DNA of 56,443 bases from Patescibacteria group bacterium (GTDB taxonomy: Bacteria; Patescibacteriota; Patescibacteriia; CAIXNZ01). Position numbers and translations under genes: made by a program. Positions 35,445 through 44,694 of the stretch are shown in pieces; position 1 is the first letter of the stretch; the number at the start of each line of letters is the position of its first letter. The notes under the pieces were generated by a model. It searched no databases. It was not told the origin of the DNA and saw only the letters and a list, made by a program, of their open reading frames with translations. The stretch lies in NCBI GenBank assembly GCA_028714455.1, contig JAQTMG010000006.1, positions 1 to 56,443 on the forward strand, read 5' to 3'.

Positions 35445-35601
35445 AACGCGTATTCTAACTCGCAATAAGAGCTAAATGAGCTAAAGGCCGAAATGAGCTA
35501 TATGAGCTAAAGGTTTATATGTAAAAAGGTAAAAACCTTTTGACTTATTATCCTATCGCTCCTATTACCCTATAGTTCTTATCACACATGTAGTTCCTAT
35601 A
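35445..35601. repeat. GAGCTA/TAGCTC word element, copy E3
   Basis: CGCGTATTCTAACTCGCAATAAGAGCTAAATGAGCTAAAGGCCGAAATGAGCTATA ... TTATTATCCTATCGCTCCTATTACCCTATAGTTCTTATCACACATGTAGTTCCTATA. Confidence 0.75.
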
Positions 35602-35611
35602 TTTAAATGGG

Positions 35612-36709
35612 TTACTTAGTTATTGCCTTAGCTCCTAAATAAATAATATTCGTATCTTGCGGGTCAATCAGCAAAAAATTGGCCATCCCGCTAGTCGGTG
35701 ATTTTTGCGTGGACCAGTTTTTGCCAGCGTCAACTGATTTATAAATCGTGTTCTCGGTCGTGTAATAAATAATCTTGGCGTTCTTTGGGTCAATGGCCAA
35801 GCCAAAAATATTGGCGCTGCGTTCAGGCGTGATAAGAGGAATCGCCTGCCAGGTTGCCCCTCCGTCAGCCGTTTTCAAAAGGCCATATTTTGAGGCGAAG
35901 ACGTAGCTGTTCTTTTTCGTGCTATCCTGAACCATGTAAGAAGTCGTGCGCGATTCAGGAAACTGATCTAAACCCTTGTTAATATCCGTGTCTGGCTTAT
36001 CGTCTTTCCAGGTTTTACCGCCATCAGCGGTTTTATAGATGCCCGCGGTCTGGGTCAAAACATAAACGATTCTTGAGTCATCGGCGTCGATTACTAGCTG
36101 TTTGACTGGATTATTCAAGCGCTTAATTGTCTGCCAGGTTTTGCCCATGTCCAAACTCTTAAGAACTTCGCCTTTATTATTGCCGGCGTAAAGATACGTT
36201 TTATTGTAATGATCTGTCATGATTTGCGTTAATTGTACATCAGTCCTGCTGTCATAATAAGCGCTTTGCCAGGTGCGCAGACAATCAGTGCTTCGATAAA
36301 TATACTGGCCCAGAGCCACGAAGATATTGCATTTGTCAAAATAGTCCACGGCCACGTCGCTGATTTGAGAAGTGCCAAAGTTGGACACTCCCTGCCAGTC
36401 CTCGCCGCCGGTGTACGAGTAATAAAGTCCCTTATTAGTCACCAGATAAACAGCGTTCCTGTCCGAGGGATCCAATAAAATTTTACTGACGCTCACATCG
36501 CCGATGGTTAGAATTTTTCCCTGGTCATTAAGCAAAGAGATTTTTGAAGCCCAGCTCAAAGCTCCGTCCTGTGACTTATAAACGCCAAGCGGACCGCCCA
36601 CGTTAGCGCTAGGCTGCGACACCAAGCTGCAACCGGATAAAAACATAGTCAGGACAAGGCATGAAATCAATAAACCGATCTTGAATTGATTTGATTTAAT
36701 TTTTTTCAT
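35612..36709 (-). CDS. Lipoprotein, BNR/Ycf48-like beta-propeller
   Basis: Lipobox LSGC. Repeated S-x-D-x-G-x-T/S-W motifs (SQDGALSW, TGGEDW, LDMGKTW, ADGGKTW, ADGGATW, VDAGKNW). Confidence 0.65.
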   Translation of the reverse strand: MKKIKSNQFKIGLLISCLVLTMFLSGCSLVSQPSANVGGPLGVYKSQDGALSWASKISLLNDQGKILTIGDVSVSKILLDPSDRNAVYLVTNKGLYYSYTGGEDWQGVSNFGTSQISDVAVDYFDKCNIFVALGQYIYRSTDCLRTWQSAYYDSRTDVQLTQIMTDHYNKTYLYAGNNKGEVLKSLDMGKTWQTIKRLNNPVKQLVIDADDSRIVYVLTQTAGIYKTADGGKTWKDDKPDTDINKGLDQFPESRTTSYMVQDSTKKNSYVFASKYGLLKTADGGATWQAIPLITPERSANIFGLAIDPKNAKIIYYTTENTIYKSVDAGKNWSTQKSPTSGMANFLLIDPQDTNIIYLGAKAITK

Positions 36710-36711
36710 AT

Positions 36712-37728
36712 TTATAAAGTTAAAATTAAATTTTCAGCGGCCAAACGCTGGTTCACGTTAAAAGCCAGATATTTTTTTATTTCGTTCACTTTAGACAAAG
36801 CCGCCATTATCTTAGCTCTTGAATATTTGTCGGCCAGCGTATTTATCTCTTTCTCAAAATGCAAGTTGGTTATTAAGCCAGCCACGTTATTTTGGCACAA
36901 CAGAATGTCGCGCAAAATCAGTTGCCACAAATTCAGTTCATCGCTAAAACCAAAATTCAAATCCTCCTCATCGCTTTTTAACATCTCGCCAATCAGCTTG
37001 AATCTTTCGGCCAGATTTTCGTTAAATAAGGAGAGGTTTTCTTTCGTTTTCTCCAGCCGCGCGGAAAAAAGCTCCGGATTTTGAAAATAATTAATGGCCT
37101 GCCCAATTTGGCCGTGACAGGCGGCAGTCAAAATCTTAGCCTGCTCTCTTTTGGCGCCTAGCGTTACCAGATGGTCATAAATCTTGTCATCTGAAAGCGG
37201 ATAAAATCTGATGAGCTGGCAGCGCGAAACAATCGTGGGCACCAGCAGGTTGTGGTCAGAAACCAACAGAATTAAAATGACTTTATCGCCCGGCTCTTCC
37301 AAAATCTTTAAAAGCGCGTTTTGGGCGCCCTCGCTTAAGATTTCGGCGTTTTCCACCAAAGCGAAACGGTAAGAGTTAAGAAACGAAGTCAGGCCTAAAA
37401 ATTTTTTCATCTCTCTGACCTGCTCGACGCTAATATTTTTCTTTTCTTCTTCTTTTTTTAAAAAATAAACATCGGGATGAATCCCCTTTTTTAATTGCAG
37501 GCAAAAAGAACATTCACCGCAAGGGATTGACTTGATTGTTAAACCGTTGGCCTTGTGATAGTCGGCGCACAAAACCGAGGCGATAAAATTTTCAGCCAGC
37601 AATGTCTTGCCCAAATGCTCCTGCCCGGAAAATAAATAAGCATGGGCCAGTTTGTTTTGGTCCAGGCTTTTTTGCAAAAACTGGCTGATTTTCTCGTGGC
37701 CGACAATGGGCCGACTGATGTCTGACAT
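36712..37728 (-). CDS. holB: DNA polymerase III subunit delta'
   Basis: AHAYLFSGQEHLGK, zinc module CGECSFC, SRC motif (TIVSRCQ). Start at MSDISRPIVGHE downstream of the mreB terminator. Confidence 0.8.
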   Translation of the reverse strand: MSDISRPIVGHEKISQFLQKSLDQNKLAHAYLFSGQEHLGKTLLAENFIASVLCADYHKANGLTIKSIPCGECSFCLQLKKGIHPDVYFLKKEEEKKNISVEQVREMKKFLGLTSFLNSYRFALVENAEILSEGAQNALLKILEEPGDKVILILLVSDHNLLVPTIVSRCQLIRFYPLSDDKIYDHLVTLGAKREQAKILTAACHGQIGQAINYFQNPELFSARLEKTKENLSLFNENLAERFKLIGEMLKSDEEDLNFGFSDELNLWQLILRDILLCQNNVAGLITNLHFEKEINTLADKYSRAKIMAALSKVNEIKKYLAFNVNQRLAAENLILTL

Positions 37729-37806
37729 GGTTGAATTATAGCGAAAATACTTGTTTTCGTAAAGCAAAAACCTCGGCGTGACCGGGGTTTTTTATTTAAA
37801 ATAATT

Positions 37807-38811
37807 TTACGATCCAATAATTGATCTCTTGTAAAAATCAAGATTTTCCAGAGCAATGCCGGTTCCTTTAGCCACGCAGAAATAAGCATCATCAGCGATA
37901 TAAGTGGGCACGCCAGTAGCGCGGGAAATCAGCTGGTCAATATTTCTTAAAAGCGAAGTGCCACCGCTCATGATAATGCCCTTGTCAATGACATCGGCTG
38001 AAAGTTCAGGCGGCGTATTATGTAAAACTTCTTTAACTGTCTCAATAATTCCCTCTAGACATGATTCAATAGCTTCCACGACATCATTGGTTGTCACGGT
38101 AATTGTTCTGGGCAGGCCAGTGATCATATCGCGGCCTCTCACCTCCATGGTCAGCGGCTCATCCATGGTCAGAGCCGAACCGATATTTATTTTGATTGAT
38201 TCGGCGGTGCGCTCGCCAATCGCCAGATTAAATTTCCTTCGGGTGTGTTCAATAATCGCCTGGTCTAATTTGTTGCCGCCGATTCTGACCGAAGCGCAGG
38301 CCACGATACCGCCCAGAGAAATAACAGCCACTTCTGAAGTGCCGCCGCCGATGTCAATAATCATGTTGCCGCTCGGACTGCCAATCGGAATATTCGCGCC
38401 AATGGCGGCCACAATCGGTTCCTTAATTATATAAGCGGCTTTGGCGCCGGCGGCCATGGTCGCGTCAATCACGGCTCTTTTTTCCGTGGACGTAATACCC
38501 GCTGGCACAGCCACCATGACTTCGGGACGCAAAATTCTGATGCCGCCCAAGGCCTTATTGATAAAATAGCGCAACATCGCTTCAGTGGTTTTATAATCGG
38601 CAATCACGCCGTCTTTAAGAGGACGCAAAGCAATAATCGTATCCGGTGTCTTGCCTAACATTTCTTTGGCTTCCAGGCCCACGGCCATAATTTTTTTATC
38701 GATAGTTGAGATAGCCACCACAGAAGGTTCGTTAATCACAACGCCTTTCTTGGGTAGATAAACCAAGATATTGGTGGTGCCTAAATCGATGCCGATTTTT
38801 TTTCTGATCAT
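37807..38811 (-). CDS. mreB: Rod shape-determining protein MreB
   Basis: IGIDLGTTN, DIGGGTSEVAV and actin-fold motifs; 334 aa. Confidence 0.95.
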   Translation of the reverse strand: MIRKKIGIDLGTTNILVYLPKKGVVINEPSVVAISTIDKKIMAVGLEAKEMLGKTPDTIIALRPLKDGVIADYKTTEAMLRYFINKALGGIRILRPEVMVAVPAGITSTEKRAVIDATMAAGAKAAYIIKEPIVAAIGANIPIGSPSGNMIIDIGGGTSEVAVISLGGIVACASVRIGGNKLDQAIIEHTRRKFNLAIGERTAESIKINIGSALTMDEPLTMEVRGRDMITGLPRTITVTTNDVVEAIESCLEGIIETVKEVLHNTPPELSADVIDKGIIMSGGTSLLRNIDQLISRATGVPTYIADDAYFCVAKGTGIALENLDFYKRSIIGS

Positions 38812-38825
38812 AAATTAATAAATTT

Positions 38826-38942
38826 ATAAGAGCTACAAGAACTAAAGGTAAAAAAGAGCTAGAGGCAGATAGGCCCAGAGGTTTGTTTATTAACCTTTTA
38901 ACCCATAGCTCATCTAAACATGTAGCTCCTTTAGCTCCTATA
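38826..38942. repeat. GAGCTA/TAGCTC word element, copy E4
   Basis: GAGCTA/GAACTA/GAGCTA starting at 38830, 38839, 38856 (spacing 9, 17). TAGCTC starting at 38906, 38923, 38932 (spacing 17, 9). Confidence 0.65.
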
Positions 38943-38965
38943 CAAGTAAAATAAAGGGTAAAAAA

Positions 38966-41050
38966 TTATTGCAGATTGATATTAAACGTGCTGTCTTGAG
39001 TGAGCGCCTGAGATTCTTTATAACTGCTGGCAAACAAGCCGCCGGCCTGATTCGCGGGCGTGGCTGATTTAATATTTTTACCAAAATTCAGGTCCAAAGT
39101 CAAGTTGGGAGTCACGCCTGCCTGCTTCTGAATTAACAAATTATAATTGCCCGCGTTAACCTGGTTTTTAATGTTGTCCGGCAATTTGTATTCAAAGGTT
39201 AAGGTACCCACCTCGTGCGGTTCAATGGAAATGAAAGCGCCGAAATAGGCCTTGCCAAACTCGTTTGATGATTCAACTTGGCCTGGCGTGTGCGCCGGAT
39301 CCTTGATCTTGTCGTTTTCCATGGCTCCGCTTGAACTGACAAGCTGGCTGCCAGCCGGCACATAGACGCGAGTGTAACTTCTCAAACGAGTCGACTTCCA
39401 GGTGAAGTCGGCGTTATTTTTGTAAACGATGGAAATTTTGGCAATCAGATCATTATTTTTCCAACTTAAGGAATAATTAATAATGCGAGCCATGTATTGA
39501 TCGGTTTTTAAGCTGGCCAAATTACTGTCCACGACCATAAAATAATCACCGTCAAAAGATTTAACCTGGCCGCCCCAGTTTCTGCCTAAAACCAGCTGTT
39601 CAATAGATGGGTCAATAAAATATATTTGGACTGATTTTTTCAAAAGCGATTTGGTGACAATATCCAAGACATCGGCGTATTTTTGAGTGGGCAGAGCCAT
39701 AGCCTTTACCTCAAGCTGATTAGCTAAAAGCATAATTATTTCCTTGCGCTGTGAAGCCGGAATGCCCTGCTGTCTGAATTCTTGGCCGACCACACTTTCC
39801 AGTTGATCAACTAAATTCTGACTATCAAATGTCACTCCCTGAACCGTAATTGGTCCGGTCAATTTCAGGAGGTCGGCGATAATTTCTGGAGTGACGGCAA
39901 GCACGCCGTCAACATTTTTTTCATATGGAATTAAATCGCTCAAACTCAACACAGTGTTGCCTTCGCTTAAAATCGGCTTGCCCTGCGCTTTCAAATCAAG
40001 CAAGATTTGATTTTCTTTATCATACATATAAAGTGCTTTTTGCGCGGTGGTCGGAAAATCAGGCGCCCAGTTAATATCGCGTAGTGACCAATATTTTTGT
40101 TCCAGATATTTGGCGATTGGCAGCGGCGACGGCTCTTTGAGAATCGGCTGCGAGGATTTGTCCAGATTATAAATATTATCTGTCTCCAATTCTTTAATCT
40201 CGCCATCCTGGAGTTTTAAAATTCCGTAGGTGCCGATAAAGCCGCCAGTCGGGCGCAGCTCATAATTATTTTGCAAAAGTATCAGATAAGTCATCTGCTT
40301 GTTGAAACCGGCTATCTGCGGAATCGCTTTTAGCATCGGCAGCGACTGATCAATTAAATCTCTAACTTTGGGCAAAGCGTCTTTGAGCGGAGCGATGCCG
40401 TCAGCGAGCGGCTTAACCACGCCTTTGTCTGGAATCGAAACGATCGCGTCCGTCGCCTCGTCTATTTCTTTTTGAACGCCAAGCAACATGGCCTCCGATT
40501 GCACTATCTTGTTCAGAATTTCTTTTTTCTGAGCCGGAGTGATGGTTGAAAAAGTTATTGATTCATTTTTTAGTGGCGCCACAATGTCGTCGACCAAAAG
40601 CAAAACTTTCTGGCCGCTGTCGGTCAATTTTACGCCGGCCAGCAAAACGTTGCTGACGGCTCTCGCCTGGGTGCCGACGTAAGGTATATAATAAAAAATC
40701 GCCGCTTTATCCAGGTCGCTTTTGGCTGCCGTAAAATCGGTGTTGGCTTGCCCCATCAAAGTCGCGGCGCCGGCAAAATCGCGATTAGTCGCCGAATGGA
40801 TGGCCTGCTGCAATTTGTCTCTCGCGTCAAAAATAAGCGTGTAGGCCTGCTTCAGATCATTGTAATAGAGGACTGTTAAAACCGCGCCAAAAATCACGGC
40901 CGCAATTATCAGCGCCAGCAAAATTTTTAAAATCAAGAAGGCGATTTTTTTGAAACTCGTGCGTCTGGGCCTCTCCACGATTTTTGAAAAATCGGGCCGC
41001 GGCGTTTCCTGCGTCGGGGGAACTTGTAAATTGTTATTAAGATTGGGCAT
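38966..41050 (-). CDS. DUF4012-domain envelope protein
   Basis: 694 aa. N-terminal TM. NNYELRPTGGFIGTYGILKLQDGEI is the hallmark DUF4012 motif. Confidence 0.75.
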   Translation of the reverse strand: MPNLNNNLQVPPTQETPRPDFSKIVERPRRTSFKKIAFLILKILLALIIAAVIFGAVLTVLYYNDLKQAYTLIFDARDKLQQAIHSATNRDFAGAATLMGQANTDFTAAKSDLDKAAIFYYIPYVGTQARAVSNVLLAGVKLTDSGQKVLLLVDDIVAPLKNESITFSTITPAQKKEILNKIVQSEAMLLGVQKEIDEATDAIVSIPDKGVVKPLADGIAPLKDALPKVRDLIDQSLPMLKAIPQIAGFNKQMTYLILLQNNYELRPTGGFIGTYGILKLQDGEIKELETDNIYNLDKSSQPILKEPSPLPIAKYLEQKYWSLRDINWAPDFPTTAQKALYMYDKENQILLDLKAQGKPILSEGNTVLSLSDLIPYEKNVDGVLAVTPEIIADLLKLTGPITVQGVTFDSQNLVDQLESVVGQEFRQQGIPASQRKEIIMLLANQLEVKAMALPTQKYADVLDIVTKSLLKKSVQIYFIDPSIEQLVLGRNWGGQVKSFDGDYFMVVDSNLASLKTDQYMARIINYSLSWKNNDLIAKISIVYKNNADFTWKSTRLRSYTRVYVPAGSQLVSSSGAMENDKIKDPAHTPGQVESSNEFGKAYFGAFISIEPHEVGTLTFEYKLPDNIKNQVNAGNYNLLIQKQAGVTPNLTLDLNFGKNIKSATPANQAGGLFASSYKESQALTQDSTFNINLQ

Positions 41051-41843
41051 TATTTTTTACTCCAAAATATTTAGCGAAATATTTAAACCAGGAGGCGATG
41101 TGCCTTCTGGTCATTTTATTAAAAGTCCAAAATTTCCAGCCCTCCACGGCTGAAGCGCGCTCGTAAAGATGGACCATTTCGGTCTCGGCCAGATAATAAA
41201 CCTTAAAACCTTTTTCCCAAAATCGGCGGCACCAGTCCATGTCTTCGACGTAGAAAAAAAATCTCTCATCCAGTAAGCCCACTTTTTCCAAAGCGGATTT
41301 GCGAACCAGCATGCAGGCACCCATAACCCAGTCAACCGGACGGTTTGAGCGGTGATCAAAATCTGCCATCAGATGATCGCGCAGTTCTTTAGCGGCGGCC
41401 TTCAAATTTCCCAGCGGAGTTCGACGGTAAAGAATTAATTTAGGCGTTTGAAAAGTTCGGCAGGAAATCTGGTATGAGCCGTCCGCGTTAATGAGTTTAG
41501 GGCCAACCAAACCAACTTCGGCGTGCGCTTTCATAAAATCAACCATTTTTAAAATTGAACCCTCCAGCGCTGTCACATCCGGATTCAAAAGCATAATATA
41601 TTCACCCAAAGCTATTTTTATGCCAGCGTTATTGCCGGCCGCGAAGCCGATATTTTTTGGCAACGGCAAAAATTTAACGTCAGAAAAATTCTCCTTGATC
41701 ATTTCCCCGCAACCGTCGCCGGAACCGTTGTCAACCACGATTATTTCGTAATTCAAATCACCCACGGCAGATTTCGCGTTCCTGACGCACTGCTTAACCA
41801 AACCCTTGGTTTTATAATTTAAGATGATAATTGATAAATCCAT
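41037..41843 (-). CDS. Glycosyltransferase family 2
   Basis: LSIIILNYKT..VVDNGSGDG..; DxD-type motif in YVEDMDW. Confidence 0.85.
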   Translation of the reverse strand: MDLSIIILNYKTKGLVKQCVRNAKSAVGDLNYEIIVVDNGSGDGCGEMIKENFSDVKFLPLPKNIGFAAGNNAGIKIALGEYIMLLNPDVTALEGSILKMVDFMKAHAEVGLVGPKLINADGSYQISCRTFQTPKLILYRRTPLGNLKAAAKELRDHLMADFDHRSNRPVDWVMGACMLVRKSALEKVGLLDERFFFYVEDMDWCRRFWEKGFKVYYLAETEMVHLYERASAVEGWKFWTFNKMTRRHIASWFKYFAKYFGVKNNAQS

Positions 41844-41911
41844 ACTTTTTGAATTCTGAAATCTGAATTATGAAATATTAAAATTCCTAATTCATAATTC
41901 TTAATTCATAA
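41844..41911. repeat. GAATT/CATAATT word spacer
   Basis: gaattctgaaatctgaattatgaaatattaaaattcctaattcataattcttaattcataatt. Confidence 0.45.
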
Positions 41912-42940
41912 TTATTCAAACCATTTCCTCATTTCTTCGGCCCCAACCAAACAGTTTCGCATTATAATTTTTCTTTTTTCTTTCATCATACTTCGTTTTG
42001 AAAAAAAATCTTTTAACCCTGAAACAGTCTGATGTTCAAAGACAAAAATATAAAAAAATTTGGTAAATTCGTAAAAAGTGATCTGGAAAAAATATCTGAA
42101 AAAATCCTTGAGGCTTAAATTCTTCGAAAGCACGAATAAATGATTTTTATAAGAATGGTAATTGATAAATTTCGCCCTATGCTTACGCAGCCGTATCAGC
42201 TTTAGCCCCGATATTCTTTCCTGACTGATCGCCGAGCGTTCATGAAAGCAGACTGCCTCTGGCAGATAAAAACTTTTCCAGCCACGCCAGCGCAGACGAT
42301 AAGCCAGATCCACGTCTTCCTTATAGCTGAAAAAATCATTGTCAAAAAATTCATCTTGAAATCTCACCTCATTAAGCGCCTCGCGACGATACAAAGGACA
42401 GGTGGCTGAAACGCCGAAGACCTCTTTTTGTTCTTCGTATTGACCTTCGTCTTTTTCACCGGCGCCGATTTCCACGGCTCGCTGACTTTTAAAAATCTTG
42501 AGGCCGGTCGAATCGATTATATCGCTTTTTTTGATGTTTTTCAAGTCGTCCGCTTGTTCAAATTTCGCCCGCAAAATTTTGCCAGTCACCGCCGCCACCT
42601 TGTCATGTTCGTCAAGAAATTTAACTGCCTCTGAAACATAATTTTCACCTAAGATCACGTCCTGGTTGAGCGTCAAAACATAAACGGAATCGGTCCAAAG
42701 TATGGCCTGATTATGAGCCTTGGCAAAACCGAGATTTTCCTTATTTTTTATGAACCTAATTTTTTCGCCAAAAACCGGCACAAATTGCTGTTCGATGATT
42801 GAAACCGTTTTGTCTGATGAGCCGTTGTCAATGATCAAAAGAAAATAATCGGAAAAATCCTGTTCCAAAATCGAATTGAGACAAGCCTCGATAAACTTCT
42901 CGCCGTTCCAGGTCACTAAATTGATGGAAACTTTTGCCAT
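41912..42940 (-). CDS. Glycosyltransferase family 2
   Basis: VSINLVTWNG..IIDNGSSD..; probable acidic motif in YKEDVDL. Confidence 0.85.
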   Translation of the reverse strand: MAKVSINLVTWNGEKFIEACLNSILEQDFSDYFLLIIDNGSSDKTVSIIEQQFVPVFGEKIRFIKNKENLGFAKAHNQAILWTDSVYVLTLNQDVILGENYVSEAVKFLDEHDKVAAVTGKILRAKFEQADDLKNIKKSDIIDSTGLKIFKSQRAVEIGAGEKDEGQYEEQKEVFGVSATCPLYRREALNEVRFQDEFFDNDFFSYKEDVDLAYRLRWRGWKSFYLPEAVCFHERSAISQERISGLKLIRLRKHRAKFINYHSYKNHLFVLSKNLSLKDFFRYFFQITFYEFTKFFYIFVFEHQTVSGLKDFFSKRSMMKEKRKIIMRNCLVGAEEMRKWFE

Positions 42941-42950
42941 GAAAATTATT

Positions 42951-44453
42951 TTATCTTTTTTTAGGAGTTACAAAAAAGCCGAGATATTTTCCGAGCATCA
43001 GGCGGGTCTGCGCCTCGCACCAGGGAATGGCGCCAAAAATTACCAGATTTACCGGCAGCAAAATCCACTGTAAAAACATGATCAGCCATTTGTACTTTGG
43101 CTGCTGCTGCGGCCGCGGCGGTAAAAGGCGGATGCTCAAAATCGCGGAAACCAAAATGCCGACCATGCCTATTCTCATGATAAACTGTAAAATGAAAGGC
43201 GCGTTTTGGGCGATGACCGTGGCTTTGACTTCGGGTCCGGCCACGTAAAGAGGCAGACGGCCCAAAATAAAAAGCAGAATCGGCGCCGTGGCCAGAGAGT
43301 ACATGCCCTCGCCCAGGTTCCAAATATATTTAATTCTGGTTTTGAACGGAATCAGATCTTTTTTCTTGCTAAAGTGATAAAGCATATAAGGCATATGCTC
43401 GGCACTCCAGCCCCAGCGTCGCTGTTGTTTATACAAACTGGCAAAGCCGTCCCAGATTGATTTTTCTGGAATAACCGTGTCCATGGAAACCGGAATGTAC
43501 ATGGGCGTCACTTCATAATCGCCGTTGTAATGGATGAAACACTGCAAAAAAATGCGAGAATCATCGGTCACGATGTCTTTTTCCCAAAAGCCCACGTCAA
43601 CCAGCGCTTTGAAGCTCATGGCATGCGAAGAAAAAGTATAAAGACGATCCGGACGCATTAATTCGGCCAAAAGCCAAAATACAGTTGAGTAGGCAGTGAT
43701 GCGCATAGGCGCTGGCGCGTCCCAGATGTTGTTATTATATAAAACAGCCGGCTGAAAAGAAGAACGGGTCGGATTGGGATGAGTGGCGTAAACATAAGTC
43801 AGATAATCCATGTACTTGGGGTGAACAAAGGTATCGCAGTCAAAATATGAAACAATAACTTTTTCATAAGGAATAGCCAGCTGGTCAATTAATTCTTTGC
43901 ATTTCCAACCGACCCAATTAGCATTGGCGGCTTTGCCTTTTATTTCGCCGACCAAACCATCGGGATGTAAAGTAGTTAAAACTTTAAAAAATTTATCGCC
44001 GAATTTTTCCCTAATTTTCGGCTCAACCTCGTCGTAAACGTCTTTTCTTCTTTCCTCCCAGGAAATGGCAATGATTATTTTTTCAGTCGGATAGCCGCAG
44101 TTTAAAATCCCATTCAAAGAAGTTTCCAAAACGCCATATGGCTCGGAATAAGTCGGCAAAATAAAAAGATGATAATAATCCTGCCAGTTTGGCACGCTCT
44201 CTCTTTTTGTTTTCCAATCTACTTTAATCTGCTTATGAAAAGTGTAGGAAGAATAGATGCTGTAAAAAACAAAATAAAAAAGCCGCAAAACCCAGTATAA
44301 AGTAAAAAGGATTATGAAATAAATGACATAAAGAGGTTTGATAAAAGATAAAACAATTGAACCAATAAAAGTAACCCAGATCATTAAACCTGGGATATAT
44401 TCAAGCCGTCTGTATTTTTTACGGTCTTTCGGACTGAACTTATCTAAATGCAT
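42951..44453 (-). CDS. Membrane-embedded processive GT2 (cellulose/chitin-synthase-like)
   Basis: 500 aa. N- and C-terminal TM bundles, a D-x-D-like FDCDT motif, TDDS, and the Q-x-x-R-W signature as QQRRWGW. Confidence 0.8.
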   Translation of the reverse strand: MHLDKFSPKDRKKYRRLEYIPGLMIWVTFIGSIVLSFIKPLYVIYFIILFTLYWVLRLFYFVFYSIYSSYTFHKQIKVDWKTKRESVPNWQDYYHLFILPTYSEPYGVLETSLNGILNCGYPTEKIIIAISWEERRKDVYDEVEPKIREKFGDKFFKVLTTLHPDGLVGEIKGKAANANWVGWKCKELIDQLAIPYEKVIVSYFDCDTFVHPKYMDYLTYVYATHPNPTRSSFQPAVLYNNNIWDAPAPMRITAYSTVFWLLAELMRPDRLYTFSSHAMSFKALVDVGFWEKDIVTDDSRIFLQCFIHYNGDYEVTPMYIPVSMDTVIPEKSIWDGFASLYKQQRRWGWSAEHMPYMLYHFSKKKDLIPFKTRIKYIWNLGEGMYSLATAPILLFILGRLPLYVAGPEVKATVIAQNAPFILQFIMRIGMVGILVSAILSIRLLPPRPQQQPKYKWLIMFLQWILLPVNLVIFGAIPWCEAQTRLMLGKYLGFFVTPKKR

Positions 44454-44497
44454 AAGCTACGAATTTACGAATCTTTTACAAATATACGAATATTCCC
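44454..44497 (-). repeat. ATTCGTA four-word module abutting the GT2 start codon
   Basis: Minus strand ATTCGTAtATTTGTAaaagATTCGTAaATTCGTAgcttATG. Word starts at 0, 8, 19, 27. Confidence 0.6.
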
Positions 44498-44694
44498 CGC
44501 CGAGCTGTCATGGTGAGTCCTTCGGCAAAATCAGGACAAGCATTAAAGTTTACAGTGAGCGCAGTCGAACTAAACCATCAAGCGAGACGGTTTTCAAACC
44601 ATTTAAAGCATACATAATATAATGATTAAGTTAAAAATATCATTTTGGAGTAAAAATATCAAGATTGAATGGTTATAATTTGGCTAATTTTAAA

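Noticed and set aside
37539-37892. 117-aa minus-strand ORF spanning the holB start and mreB end.
   Set aside because: It overlaps two well-supported genes and an intergenic terminator in another frame, and has no motif support.
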